Positions 49,895 to 58,849 of a stretch of 64,000 nucleotides of DNA are shown piece after piece. A program made the position numbers and the translations under genes. This DNA is from Bacteroidales bacterium (lineage in GTDB: Bacteria > Bacteroidota > Bacteroidia > Bacteroidales > WCHB1-69), in NCBI GenBank assembly GCA_017438945.1, contig JAFRUI010000003.1, positions 8,664-72,663 of the forward strand, given 5' to 3'. The notes beneath the pieces were generated by a model. It worked only from the letters and a program-made list of their open reading frames with translations. It did not search any database and was not told the origin of the DNA. Each line of letters begins with the position of its first letter. Position 1 is the first letter of the stretch.

Positions 49895-49999
49895 CGGTCG
49901 AAAAAAAGAGGGTATAAGTTTATGGTAGCAACATTTTCTGCCGATATTGTGAAGTCAACACAAACCGAAATTATTGAGTAAAGAACTAAACAACATAGT

Positions 50000-51286
50000 A
50001 TGTCAGAAAGAAATAATAGAATATATCTGTGCTTGGCACACATGTCTGATGAAGGTTTAGAACAAAAATACATAAAAGAGGCCTTCGACACCAACTGGGT
50101 GGTTCCGCTTGGCCCGAATGTGAATGGGTTTGAGAAAGATCTGGAGGATTTCGTTAACAGCATCGTAGAGACGCAATGCATTGCGCCTCTACAGAAACGT
50201 GTTGTGGCCCTTTGCTCCGGTACCGCCGCCGTGCACCTTGCATTGATTGCCTGTGGCGTGGGCCTTGGCGATGAGGTCATTGTGCAGTCGTTCACCTTCT
50301 GCGCCTCCTCGCACCCGATTACCTATCTTGGAGCGACACCAGTGTTCGTGGATTCCGAAAAGGATTCCTGGAATATGGATCCCGACTTGATGGAAGAGGC
50401 CATCAAGGACAGGATTGCCAAGACGGGCAAGAAGCCGAAAGCCATAGTGCCGGTGGCGCTCTACGGGATGCCCTACGATATCGAACGCATCATGGAAATC
50501 GCGGCGAAATATGACATCTCCGTCATCGAGGATGCCGCAGAGGGTTTCGGTAGCCGCTGGAGAGGCCAGGTGCTTGGTACCTTTGGCGAGTATGGTGTGC
50601 TGAGTTTTAACGGCAACAAGATGATCACTACCTCGGGTGGCGGCGCGTTGGTTTGCCCCGATGAACAGGCCTGGCAGAAAATCATGTGGCTGGCGACCCA
50701 GGCTCGCGAAGCCTATCCCTATTATCAGCACGAGGCCATCGGCTACAACTATCGGTTGAGCAATATCTGTGCCGGTATCGGTCGTGGACAGATGACTGTC
50801 TTGGATGACCATATCCGTCACCACAAGTATGTGCAAAAGTTCTATGAAGAGGCTTTTGCCGATGTTCCCGGCATTACTGTGCACAGCAATCCGGATGACC
50901 GCTTTGATTCGAACTTCTGGCTCTGCACCATTCTGCTGGATGAAAAGCTGAAGGTGAAAGGGCAGGAGAGTGCATACAGTGCCGCCGTTCAAGGTGCTGT
51001 AGGCGGTGCGGCCGGCGTGGTACATGCTGGCGGAACCTTGCACACGGATTGCGAGCCTAATGCCAATGTAGAAGCTATGCGCGTGTGGCTTGACCAAAAG
51101 GGAATCGAAGCCCGTCCGCTGTGGAAACCGATGCACAAACAGCCTGTTTATAAGAACGCTTCTGCCTATGTGAATGGCGTTTCCGAATCGTTGTTCAAGG
51201 TCGGCATGTGTCTCCCCAGCGGTCCAATGGTCACGGATGAGGACCTGGCATACATTGTTGCGAGTATCAAAGAAGCTATCTTATAA
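50000..51286 (+). CDS. DegT-family sugar aminotransferase (PglE/EpsN-like)
   Basis: NWVVPLGPNV, SGTAA.HL, EDAAE, SFNGNKMITTSGGG, GYNYRLSN, RPLWKPMH and CLPSG. Confidence 0.92.
   Translation: MSERNNRIYLCLAHMSDEGLEQKYIKEAFDTNWVVPLGPNVNGFEKDLEDFVNSIVETQCIAPLQKRVVALCSGTAAVHLALIACGVGLGDEVIVQSFTFCASSHPITYLGATPVFVDSEKDSWNMDPDLMEEAIKDRIAKTGKKPKAIVPVALYGMPYDIERIMEIAAKYDISVIEDAAEGFGSRWRGQVLGTFGEYGVLSFNGNKMITTSGGGALVCPDEQAWQKIMWLATQAREAYPYYQHEAIGYNYRLSNICAGIGRGQMTVLDDHIRHHKYVQKFYEEAFADVPGITVHSNPDDRFDSNFWLCTILLDEKLKVKGQESAYSAAVQGAVGGAAGVVHAGGTLHTDCEPNANVEAMRVWLDQKGIEARPLWKPMHKQPVYKNASAYVNGVSESLFKVGMCLPSGPMVTDEDLAYIVASIKEAIL
50165..50192. repeat. GTAG-type REP-like palindrome inside a CDS
   Basis: gtagagacgcaatgcattgcgcctctac, a 28-bp palindrome with one mismatched pair, read in frame as VETQCIAPL(Q). 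Confidence 0.8.
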
Positions 51287-51305
51287 CCCATTGTTTCATC
51301 ATAAC

Positions 51306-51346
51306 GGCCAATAGCCAATAGCTAAAAGCCAACAACCAACCGCCAA
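51306..51346. repeat. Heptamer array (gccaata/gctaaaa/gccaaca)
   Basis: Same family as the arrays at ~11090-11122 and 14131-14182. Confidence 0.8.
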
Positions 51347-51347
51347 T

Positions 51348-52457
51348 ATGGACAAGAACACAATTACCGTCACTTCTCCCTTGTTGCCCGACAGAGCGGA
51401 GTTTGAGTTGCTGCTCAAGGAGATTTGGAATAGCAAATGGATTACCAACAATGGTAGTTTTCACCAAAAACTGGAAAAAGCATTGGCTGAATATCTGAAG
51501 GTGCCCTTCATCAGTCTATTTACCAACGGTACGCTCCCGTTGCTTACCGCTCTGCAGGCGTTAAGAATCACAGGCGAGGTTATCACTACACCGTACAGTT
51601 TTGTTGCCACTACCCACAGCATCTGGTGGAACGGCTGCCGGCCTGTGTTTGTGGACATTGAGGGCGAGACTTGTGGTATCGACCCTGATAAGATTGAGGC
51701 GGCCATTACCCCCAAGACTACGGCCATCATGCCGGTGAGCTGTTATGGAAAGCCTTGCAAGATGGATGAGATTCAGGCCATTGCCGACAAATACGGCTTG
51801 AAGGTTATTCATGACGCCGCTCATGCTTTCGGCGTGGAAGTGAATGGAGAGAGTTGGGCGGGCAAGGGTGATATGGCCTCACTCTCGTTTCATGCAACTA
51901 AGGTTTACAACACTCTTGAGGGTGGGGCTCTTGTGGTGAAGGACGAAGCCACGAAAAAGCGCATCGACTTCTTGAAAAACTTCGGTTTTGCGGGTGAAAC
52001 GGAAGTGGTTGCCCCTGGAATCAATAGTAAGATGGATGAAGTCAGGGCGGCGTATGGTTTGGTCAACTTGAAACATGTGGACGAAGCTATTGAGAAACGC
52101 CACCAAGTGGCGGTGAAGTATCGTGAAGCCTTGCGCCCTGTCCCTGGTATACGTTTCTTCGACGACATGCCTGGTGTGCGTCACAACTACAGCTATTTTC
52201 CCATCTTTATTAATGCTGAAGAATACGGGATGACGCGTGACGAGCTCTACTTCAAGTTGCGGGAGCATGGTGTGTTGGGCAGACGGTATTTTTATCCGCT
52301 TATCAGCACCTTCAGCACCTATCGCAGTCTGCCTTCTGCCGGAGCGGAAAATCTCCCTGTAGCTACTCGGGTCGCCAATGAAGTGATTTGTCTGCCGATG
52401 CATCATGAATTAAGTGAGGCGGATTTGACGAGAATACTCGAACTTATAGTAAGGTGA
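51348..52457 (+). CDS. DegT-family aminotransferase, VioA-like (dTDP-4-amino-4,6-dideoxyglucose)
   Basis: VT.P.LP, WITNNG, NGT, TTPYSFVAT, DAAHAFGV, SFHATKVYNTLEGG, GIN.KM.E and RRYFYP; rmlA and rmlB are present without rmlCD. Confidence 0.85.
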   Translation: MDKNTITVTSPLLPDRAEFELLLKEIWNSKWITNNGSFHQKLEKALAEYLKVPFISLFTNGTLPLLTALQALRITGEVITTPYSFVATTHSIWWNGCRPVFVDIEGETCGIDPDKIEAAITPKTTAIMPVSCYGKPCKMDEIQAIADKYGLKVIHDAAHAFGVEVNGESWAGKGDMASLSFHATKVYNTLEGGALVVKDEATKKRIDFLKNFGFAGETEVVAPGINSKMDEVRAAYGLVNLKHVDEAIEKRHQVAVKYREALRPVPGIRFFDDMPGVRHNYSYFPIFINAEEYGMTRDELYFKLREHGVLGRRYFYPLISTFSTYRSLPSAGAENLPVATRVANEVICLPMHHELSEADLTRILELIVR

Positions 52458-52458
52458 T

Positions 52459-53661
52459 ATGCAAAAGAAACTAATGCTCCTCGGCGGTATCCGCTACCTG
52501 TTGCCCGTCATCAAGGCGGCGCACGAGCAGGGATACTATGTGATTACTGCTGATTACTTACCTGACAACATTGCTCACAAGTTTAGTGATGAGTATGTGA
52601 ATGTGAGCATTGTTGATAAAGAGGCTGTTCTCAAAGTGGCAAAGGAGAAACAGATTGACGGCATCATGTCTTTTGGTGTTGACCCCGGTGTGGTGTCGGC
52701 CAGTTATGTGCAGAACCAGATGGGTTTGCCTTCGTTTGGTCCGTACGAGTCGGTGAAGATTTTGCAGAACAAGGACAAGTTCCGTGATTTCCTTACGAAA
52801 CATGGCTTCAATGTGCCCAAGGCAAAAGGATATAGTCGTGCCGAGGATGCAATTGCTGATGCAACGATATGGGACTATCCTATCATTGTTAAACCTACCG
52901 ATGCGGCAGGCAGCAAGGGCGTGACTCGGGTGGATGACGTGGCTCAACTGAAAGCAGCTGTGGATTATGCTTTCGAAAAGTCTATCTCGGGCCATATCAT
53001 CATCGAGGACTTTATTGAGAAGCAAGGCTGCTCGTCGGATACGGATAGTTTCTCCGAAGACGGCAAATTGAAGTTTGTGAGCTTCTGTGCCCAGCGTTTC
53101 GATCTCAACGCGACCAACCCATACACCCCTGCTGCCTACAGTTGGCCTTCTACGTTCACCAAGGAGCAAGAGGCTTACTTGACTGGCGAAATCCAGCGTC
53201 TCATCACTTTGTTGGGAATGAAGACTAATGTATATAACATTGAGACACGTGTGGGCACAAACGGCAAGCCATACATTATGGAGCTGACCCCTCGCGGTGG
53301 TGGCAACCGCCTGTGCGAGATGCTGCGCTACGCCACGGGGGTCGATATGATTACTGCCATGACACGATATATAGTAGGGGATTCCGTACCGGAGATAACA
53401 CAAAAACCATATAACGGACATTGGGCGGAAGTGATTCTCCATGCTGAAAAGGCAGGGGCGTTTGACGGACTTGAAATCTCTAAGGCCTTTCCCGCAGAAG
53501 TGGTGGAGGAGGACCTGTGGGTGTCAAAAGGCGATCGAGTGAACTCGTTTGAAGGAGCAAATGATGCTATCGGCACATTGGTGCTGAAATTTGAGAGAGA
53601 GGATGAAATGGTTGAAGCTATTGATAATATATCTTCTTGGCTGAAAGTTAATATTCTGTAA
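52459..53661 (+). CDS. ATP-grasp ligase
   Basis: KKLMLLGG, NKDKFR, IVKPTDAAGSKGV, IEDFI and E.TPR.GGN. Confidence 0.87.
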   Translation: MQKKLMLLGGIRYLLPVIKAAHEQGYYVITADYLPDNIAHKFSDEYVNVSIVDKEAVLKVAKEKQIDGIMSFGVDPGVVSASYVQNQMGLPSFGPYESVKILQNKDKFRDFLTKHGFNVPKAKGYSRAEDAIADATIWDYPIIVKPTDAAGSKGVTRVDDVAQLKAAVDYAFEKSISGHIIIEDFIEKQGCSSDTDSFSEDGKLKFVSFCAQRFDLNATNPYTPAAYSWPSTFTKEQEAYLTGEIQRLITLLGMKTNVYNIETRVGTNGKPYIMELTPRGGGNRLCEMLRYATGVDMITAMTRYIVGDSVPEITQKPYNGHWAEVILHAEKAGAFDGLEISKAFPAEVVEEDLWVSKGDRVNSFEGANDAIGTLVLKFEREDEMVEAIDNISSWLKVNIL

Positions 53662-54621
53662 ATGAACGCTATTGGTGGCTATTTCGAACTAGACCTTCGC
53701 AAAGGCAGGCATTATCACAAAGATGCTTTGCGCCTCAACACTGCTCGAAATTGCTTCGAGTATGTGTTACGCGCAAGGCGTTACGACAAGGTATATATTC
53801 CGTATTATACCTGTGAAGTACTGTTGGAACCCATCAATAAATTGGGAATCGACTATGAGTTTTATCATATAAACGAATTATTGGAGCCGGTTCTCTCCCC
53901 CTTGTTGAATAAGAAAGAGGCGTTTCTGTACACCAACTATTTTGGCTTAAAACAGAATTGTCTGAAAGATTTTGCTGATCTATATGGAGAACAGTTGATT
54001 GTGGACAACGCCCAAGCATTTTACTCAGAACCTGAGCCGGGAATAGATACCTTTTACTCTGCACGGAAATTCTTCGGGGTACCGGACGGTGCTTATCTCT
54101 ACACTTCCCTAAAATTGGAACAGGATTTGGAGTGGGATTTCTCATTTGAACGGATGTCTCATCTACTGAAACGTATTGATTTTGGAGCTGAGGCGGGCTA
54201 TTCTGACTTCCGAAATAACGAAGATGCACTCTGTGGAAATGAAATAAAAAATATGTCTCGACTCACGGATGCGATTCTGTCGGGTGTTGATTATAGCAGT
54301 GTAAAACAAAGAAGGAGGGAGAATTTCGCGTTTTTGGACGAACAGTTGAAAAACACAAACCGAATTCATTGGGACTTGGACGACGATGCGGTTCCGATGG
54401 TTTATCCGTATTGGACGGATGATGCGTCATTGAAGCAGAAACTGATTGCGAACAAAGTTTTTGTGGCGACATACTGGCCGAATGTGATAGAGTGGACGGA
54501 TGAAGAAATGTCGGAGTATGAATTGGCGGAGAAGTTGATCCCCATACCTGTTGACCAGCGATACGGGGAGGTGGAAATGAAAAGAATTGTGGATATTATT
54601 GCAAAACATCAATCGTTATGA
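53662..54621 (+). CDS. Divergent DegT-like PLP-dependent protein
   Basis: IGGYFEL, NTARN, IPYYTC, NYFG, DNAQAF, SARKF.GV.DG, RR.N, YWP and DQRY; paralog of 31368-32441. Confidence 0.65.
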   Translation: MNAIGGYFELDLRKGRHYHKDALRLNTARNCFEYVLRARRYDKVYIPYYTCEVLLEPINKLGIDYEFYHINELLEPVLSPLLNKKEAFLYTNYFGLKQNCLKDFADLYGEQLIVDNAQAFYSEPEPGIDTFYSARKFFGVPDGAYLYTSLKLEQDLEWDFSFERMSHLLKRIDFGAEAGYSDFRNNEDALCGNEIKNMSRLTDAILSGVDYSSVKQRRRENFAFLDEQLKNTNRIHWDLDDDAVPMVYPYWTDDASLKQKLIANKVFVATYWPNVIEWTDEEMSEYELAEKLIPIPVDQRYGEVEMKRIVDIIAKHQSL

Positions 54622-55862
54622 ACATAAAAGGGAAAAAACTTTTGATTTTAGGTGGAACCAAGCTGAGTTGCGATATCATAACAACAGCAGAAAAAATGGG
54701 CGTTTATACAATCGTGACGGATTGGAATGATGTTCAAAAATCACCGGCAAAACGATATGCAGATGAATATTGGGATGTGAGTTTGATGGATTACAAAGAA
54801 TTGTTAAAGCGAGTTCATGATAATAACGTCGACGGAATACTCACAGGATTTACAGATTCATACCTTTTACCATACCAAAAATTATGTGAACTTGCAAAAA
54901 AGCCCTGCTATGCAACAAAAGGACAACTTGAGTGGACCTTGGACAAAAAAAAGTTTAAAGAGAAGTGTAGAAAGCACAATGTTCCTGTTGTCCCTGAATA
55001 TAATATGGACAATTTTGATAAATCAATTATCAGTAGGGGCCACAAAGTGATAATAAAGCCTGTTGACAACAGCGGAAGTCGTGGCATTTGTATCTGTGAA
55101 GATCCAGAAAGCTTTGAAGAAAAACTGAAATACAGCCTTGATTTTTCGGCGAAGAAAAAGGTTGTTGTTGAACGTTATATGGATTGTGACGATGTCTCTT
55201 TCGAATATAAGGTACAGGAAGGCGAGGTGTCGTTGACGGCGATATGTGACAGATATATTTACAAAACATTGGATGAAGGCTCGGTAACATCGACTTTGAT
55301 ATACCCATCTAAGTATACAGAAGCCTATTTGAGTGATGTCGATAAGCGTGTCAAGCGGATGTTTGAACTCGAAGGGCTTCGGAACGGTGTCCTTTTCATG
55401 CAGGCTTTTGTGGATGACGGAGAATTCTATTTCTATGAGATGGGGTATAGGCTTAGTGGCGGACGTCACTATATTTTTACTGAAAACCAAAACGGTGACA
55501 ATGCTGTTAAGGAGTTGATAAATTTCGCTTTGACGGGTAAAATGTCAAACTATCGAATTGCTAATATCGCTAATCCGAGCTTCAAAGATGTTTGTAGTCA
55601 GCAGAGCATCATTTGTAAAAGTGATAAAATTGCAAAGGTAGAGGGATGGGATGACATTTCCGGGATCCCTCAGGTAATTGATGCGATGCAGGTGTACAAG
55701 GAGGGAGACGTCGTGGGAAAAGAAGGAACTACCGCATCCATTTTCGCGCGGTTACATATTGTCGTCAAAAGTCTTGATGAACTAAATACGATAAAGCGGA
55801 AAATCTATTCGACTCTGAAAGTGGAAAACGAGGATGGTGAGAATCTTGTGATTTTCTGTTAG
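54618..55862 (+). CDS. ATP-grasp ligase
   Basis: GKKLLILGG, DK..FK, IIKPVDNSGSRG, VERY and YEMGYRLSGG; paralog of 34103-35368. Confidence 0.87.
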   Translation: MNIKGKKLLILGGTKLSCDIITTAEKMGVYTIVTDWNDVQKSPAKRYADEYWDVSLMDYKELLKRVHDNNVDGILTGFTDSYLLPYQKLCELAKKPCYATKGQLEWTLDKKKFKEKCRKHNVPVVPEYNMDNFDKSIISRGHKVIIKPVDNSGSRGICICEDPESFEEKLKYSLDFSAKKKVVVERYMDCDDVSFEYKVQEGEVSLTAICDRYIYKTLDEGSVTSTLIYPSKYTEAYLSDVDKRVKRMFELEGLRNGVLFMQAFVDDGEFYFYEMGYRLSGGRHYIFTENQNGDNAVKELINFALTGKMSNYRIANIANPSFKDVCSQQSIICKSDKIAKVEGWDDISGIPQVIDAMQVYKEGDVVGKEGTTASIFARLHIVVKSLDELNTIKRKIYSTLKVENEDGENLVIFC

Positions 55863-55876
55863 AAAAGATAGCAGTT

Positions 55877-56953
55877 ATGAAAATAGCAGTTTTAGGAGCG
55901 GGAAACGGCGGTCAGGCGATTGCTGGTTATTTGGCAATGCAGGGCTACGAAGTGGCTTTGTATGACATTGTCGAAGCAAAAATCAACGAATTGAGGACTC
56001 TTGGCGGTGTCAGGCTTGAAGGACGCATCCAAGGCTTTGGGAGAATCAGCTGCATTACAACCGATATTGCTGAAGCAGTCAGAGATGCGGAAATCATCAT
56101 GGTTACCACCATTGCCAATGCCCATAAAGCCGTGGCGCACACCATCGCTCCGTATCTTAAGGACGGACAAACTGTCGTTTTAAACCCAGGAAGAACGTGT
56201 GGTGCATTGGTCTTCAAACAGGCATTGCTGGAATCAGGATGTAAGGTTCGTTTTTATCTTGCCGAAGCGCAGACCCTCGTGTATGCGTGCAGGATAGTCG
56301 AAAACGGAACGGTCAATATCATCGGGGTGAAAGACGAGGTACTGCTATCAGCACTCCCTGCTGCTGACACAGACTATGTCCTCAGCAAGGTCACCCCCCT
56401 ATATCCTAGCTTCACTAAGACGACGAATGTCTTGAGGACAAGTTTAGAGAACATTGGGGCGATTTTCCACCCATGCGTGCTGCTTTTCAATGCCGCCACA
56501 ATTGAACGAAACGAGATGTTCTGGTTTTACAGAGACATGACCGAACAGGTGGCTTCGTTTATAGAACGTTTTGACGCGGAACGTCTTGCAGTGGGAAAGG
56601 CGTATGGGATTGATTTATTGGGGGTGAAAGAGTGGATTAAGGTCGCTTACAAAGATACTGTAGGGAACACATTGTGCGAAAGAATGCGCAATAATCCGGC
56701 CTATCATGATATCAAATCCCCATCAACCATATTCACCCGCCAGTTGACGGAGGACATTCCGACGGGCGTCCTGCCGATAAAGGAACTGGGCAAGGCGGCG
56801 AACGTTGAGACCCCTTTGTTGGAGTCGATGATTCACATTAGCGAGGCCCTGTTGGGCGAAGACCTTCACACAAACGGAAGAAATCTGAAAAACCTTGGCA
56901 TTGAGGGGAAGAAAAAGCAGGAAATAATAGACTATATCACCCATGAAGCATAA
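55877..56953 (+). CDS. NAD/NADP opine (octopine/nopaline-type) dehydrogenase
   Basis: VLGAGNGG.A.A, LNPGRT.GA, E.QTL.YACR, L.N.GA.FHP, D.ER..V and R..TEDIP.G. Confidence 0.9.
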   Translation: MKIAVLGAGNGGQAIAGYLAMQGYEVALYDIVEAKINELRTLGGVRLEGRIQGFGRISCITTDIAEAVRDAEIIMVTTIANAHKAVAHTIAPYLKDGQTVVLNPGRTCGALVFKQALLESGCKVRFYLAEAQTLVYACRIVENGTVNIIGVKDEVLLSALPAADTDYVLSKVTPLYPSFTKTTNVLRTSLENIGAIFHPCVLLFNAATIERNEMFWFYRDMTEQVASFIERFDAERLAVGKAYGIDLLGVKEWIKVAYKDTVGNTLCERMRNNPAYHDIKSPSTIFTRQLTEDIPTGVLPIKELGKAANVETPLLESMIHISEALLGEDLHTNGRNLKNLGIEGKKKQEIIDYITHEA

Positions 56954-58805
56954 TGTCGTTTTGAATGATGTGTTTGGTTTCATAAAACCGCTTGTGGATG
57001 TCCACACGATGGGCATTTATACTGTGGCTAACTTATTAAGGGATTGCGGCTACACGGTGTATGTGTCCAAGGATGATGTCAATGAGGCGGTTGAACAGAT
57101 TCAGAAAATCAACAACTACAGTCTCGTGAAAAGCTGGATTCTGAAAAACGGTATAACGCGCTTGGGCTTCAGCTACCGTTTGGATCCCAAGGAGGGATGC
57201 GATTATTTCCTGAAGCTGTACCATCATCTCAAAGGAGACAATATGTTTGTCGAAAATGGAGGGGGCATGAGAGAGATTTTCTTTGCTGGATTACCTGATA
57301 CCTGTGAGCTGGTCAAGGGTAAGACTGCAGGGGCGGTACTGGTGTTTCCAGGCAATGAGAGCCCGACAGAGACCCTGTCGATGTTGGGTGTGCCTGAAGA
57401 TTTGATACCCAGTGCGTTAAGTCAAAACAACACGTATGACAACATGCGGTGGAATTTTGCCAAGAAGCTGATCGAATCGGAGCGGTACAAGCAGGAACAA
57501 CCGCTGGATCATTACGGATATGCAGAATGCGGCAGCGAAAATGACAGCTATGTGGCAAGATTGCGTTATGCAAGAGAGAAACATGCTTTGCCGATTATCC
57601 GTACGCATTCAGGACCGTATAATCCTAATCGGATGGAGGCTTTGAAAGAATATAATTCATGGTGTAAGGACTTGGCGGAAAGCCGTTTGCTTGATGTTTT
57701 GTCAATAGGTAGTTCGCAACTTACACAGTCCAACTTTGGAGAGGATTGGGAAGGCAAGGCGAATGGGGGAGGGGTTCCGGTCAATTCAGAGATAGAATAT
57801 CGTACTATCAGAGAAAATGCGAAACCGATGCTGGTCAGAACATATTCCGGTACAAAGGATGTTCCCGGATTAGCTAGAATTCATGAAAAAGCGTTAAATA
57901 TTTCGTGGCATGCTTTGTCATTCTGGTGGTTTGACGAGTTGGATGGAAGAGGACATAACTCTCTGTTGGACAATCTGAAAGAACATTTTGAAACCATAAA
58001 ATGGATCGCCACGACAGGTAAACCAGTGGAACCCAATGTTCCTCACCACTTCGCATTTAGAGGCGCAGATGATTTGACTTACATCATATCAGGTTTTCTG
58101 GCCGCAAAAGCATGCAAAAAACTTGGGATACGGCATTTAATTCTGCAGAATATGTTAAACACGCCAAAGTTCACGATTGGAATTCAGGACTTGGCAAAAG
58201 GAAGAACCATGTTAAAACTTGTTAAAGAGTTGGAAGATGATTGTTTTCATGTCAGTTTGCAGGCTCGCGCCGGTTTGGACTATTTTGCCCCGGATTTGGA
58301 GCAGGCCAAAATTCAGCTGGCTGCGGTGACCTGTTTGATGGATGATTTGGAGCCCGACAACGACAACAGTCCGGAAATCATCCATGTGGTCAATTACAGC
58401 GAAGCGGTTCGCTTGGCAACACCTCCGATTATTAAGGACAGCATACGTATCACGCTAAACGCGCTGCATGAGTATAGAAATGCCCGTTCGTTTGGCAAGG
58501 TTCCGAATATGAAATACGATGGGGAGGTCAAATATCGTCAAGAGGCATTGTATTCCGAGGCAAAAGATGCTGTTGTGTTATTGGAAAAGACAATCCCGAA
58601 TCTTTACACTCCGGAAGGATTCTATAAGGTCTTTGTGGAAGGCTTCCTGCCCGTGCCGTATTTGATGGACCAGCAACGGAAGTTCCCGAAAGCCACGATG
58701 TGGCATACGGCCATCAAGAATGGGGGAATATATGTCGTTGACGAGGAGGGAGATATAATCAATACAGTTGACCGATATAGAAAAATATTGTCATCAAATG
58801 AGTGA
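56943..58805 (+). CDS. Cobalamin-binding protein; fused glutamate-mutase S+E-like enzyme
   Basis: N-terminal DVHTMG (DxHxxG)...GFSYRL...FAG B12-binding domain, followed by a ~400-aa region whose motif order parallels glutamate mutase E. Confidence 0.75.
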   Translation: MKHNVVLNDVFGFIKPLVDVHTMGIYTVANLLRDCGYTVYVSKDDVNEAVEQIQKINNYSLVKSWILKNGITRLGFSYRLDPKEGCDYFLKLYHHLKGDNMFVENGGGMREIFFAGLPDTCELVKGKTAGAVLVFPGNESPTETLSMLGVPEDLIPSALSQNNTYDNMRWNFAKKLIESERYKQEQPLDHYGYAECGSENDSYVARLRYAREKHALPIIRTHSGPYNPNRMEALKEYNSWCKDLAESRLLDVLSIGSSQLTQSNFGEDWEGKANGGGVPVNSEIEYRTIRENAKPMLVRTYSGTKDVPGLARIHEKALNISWHALSFWWFDELDGRGHNSLLDNLKEHFETIKWIATTGKPVEPNVPHHFAFRGADDLTYIISGFLAAKACKKLGIRHLILQNMLNTPKFTIGIQDLAKGRTMLKLVKELEDDCFHVSLQARAGLDYFAPDLEQAKIQLAAVTCLMDDLEPDNDNSPEIIHVVNYSEAVRLATPPIIKDSIRITLNALHEYRNARSFGKVPNMKYDGEVKYRQEALYSEAKDAVVLLEKTIPNLYTPEGFYKVFVEGFLPVPYLMDQQRKFPKATMWHTAIKNGGIYVVDEEGDIINTVDRYRKILSSNE

Positions 58806-58849
58806 CAATTGTTTAATAAAGGTTATCAAGAGATATTAATCATAAAATA

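Noticed and set aside
50945-51070. Gly/Ala-rich insertion in the aminotransferase, and the similar insertion after DEVYG in RfbB
   Set aside because: I recall both as shared by many Prevotella/Bacteroidales homologs, so probably not specific to this locus (not verified by search).
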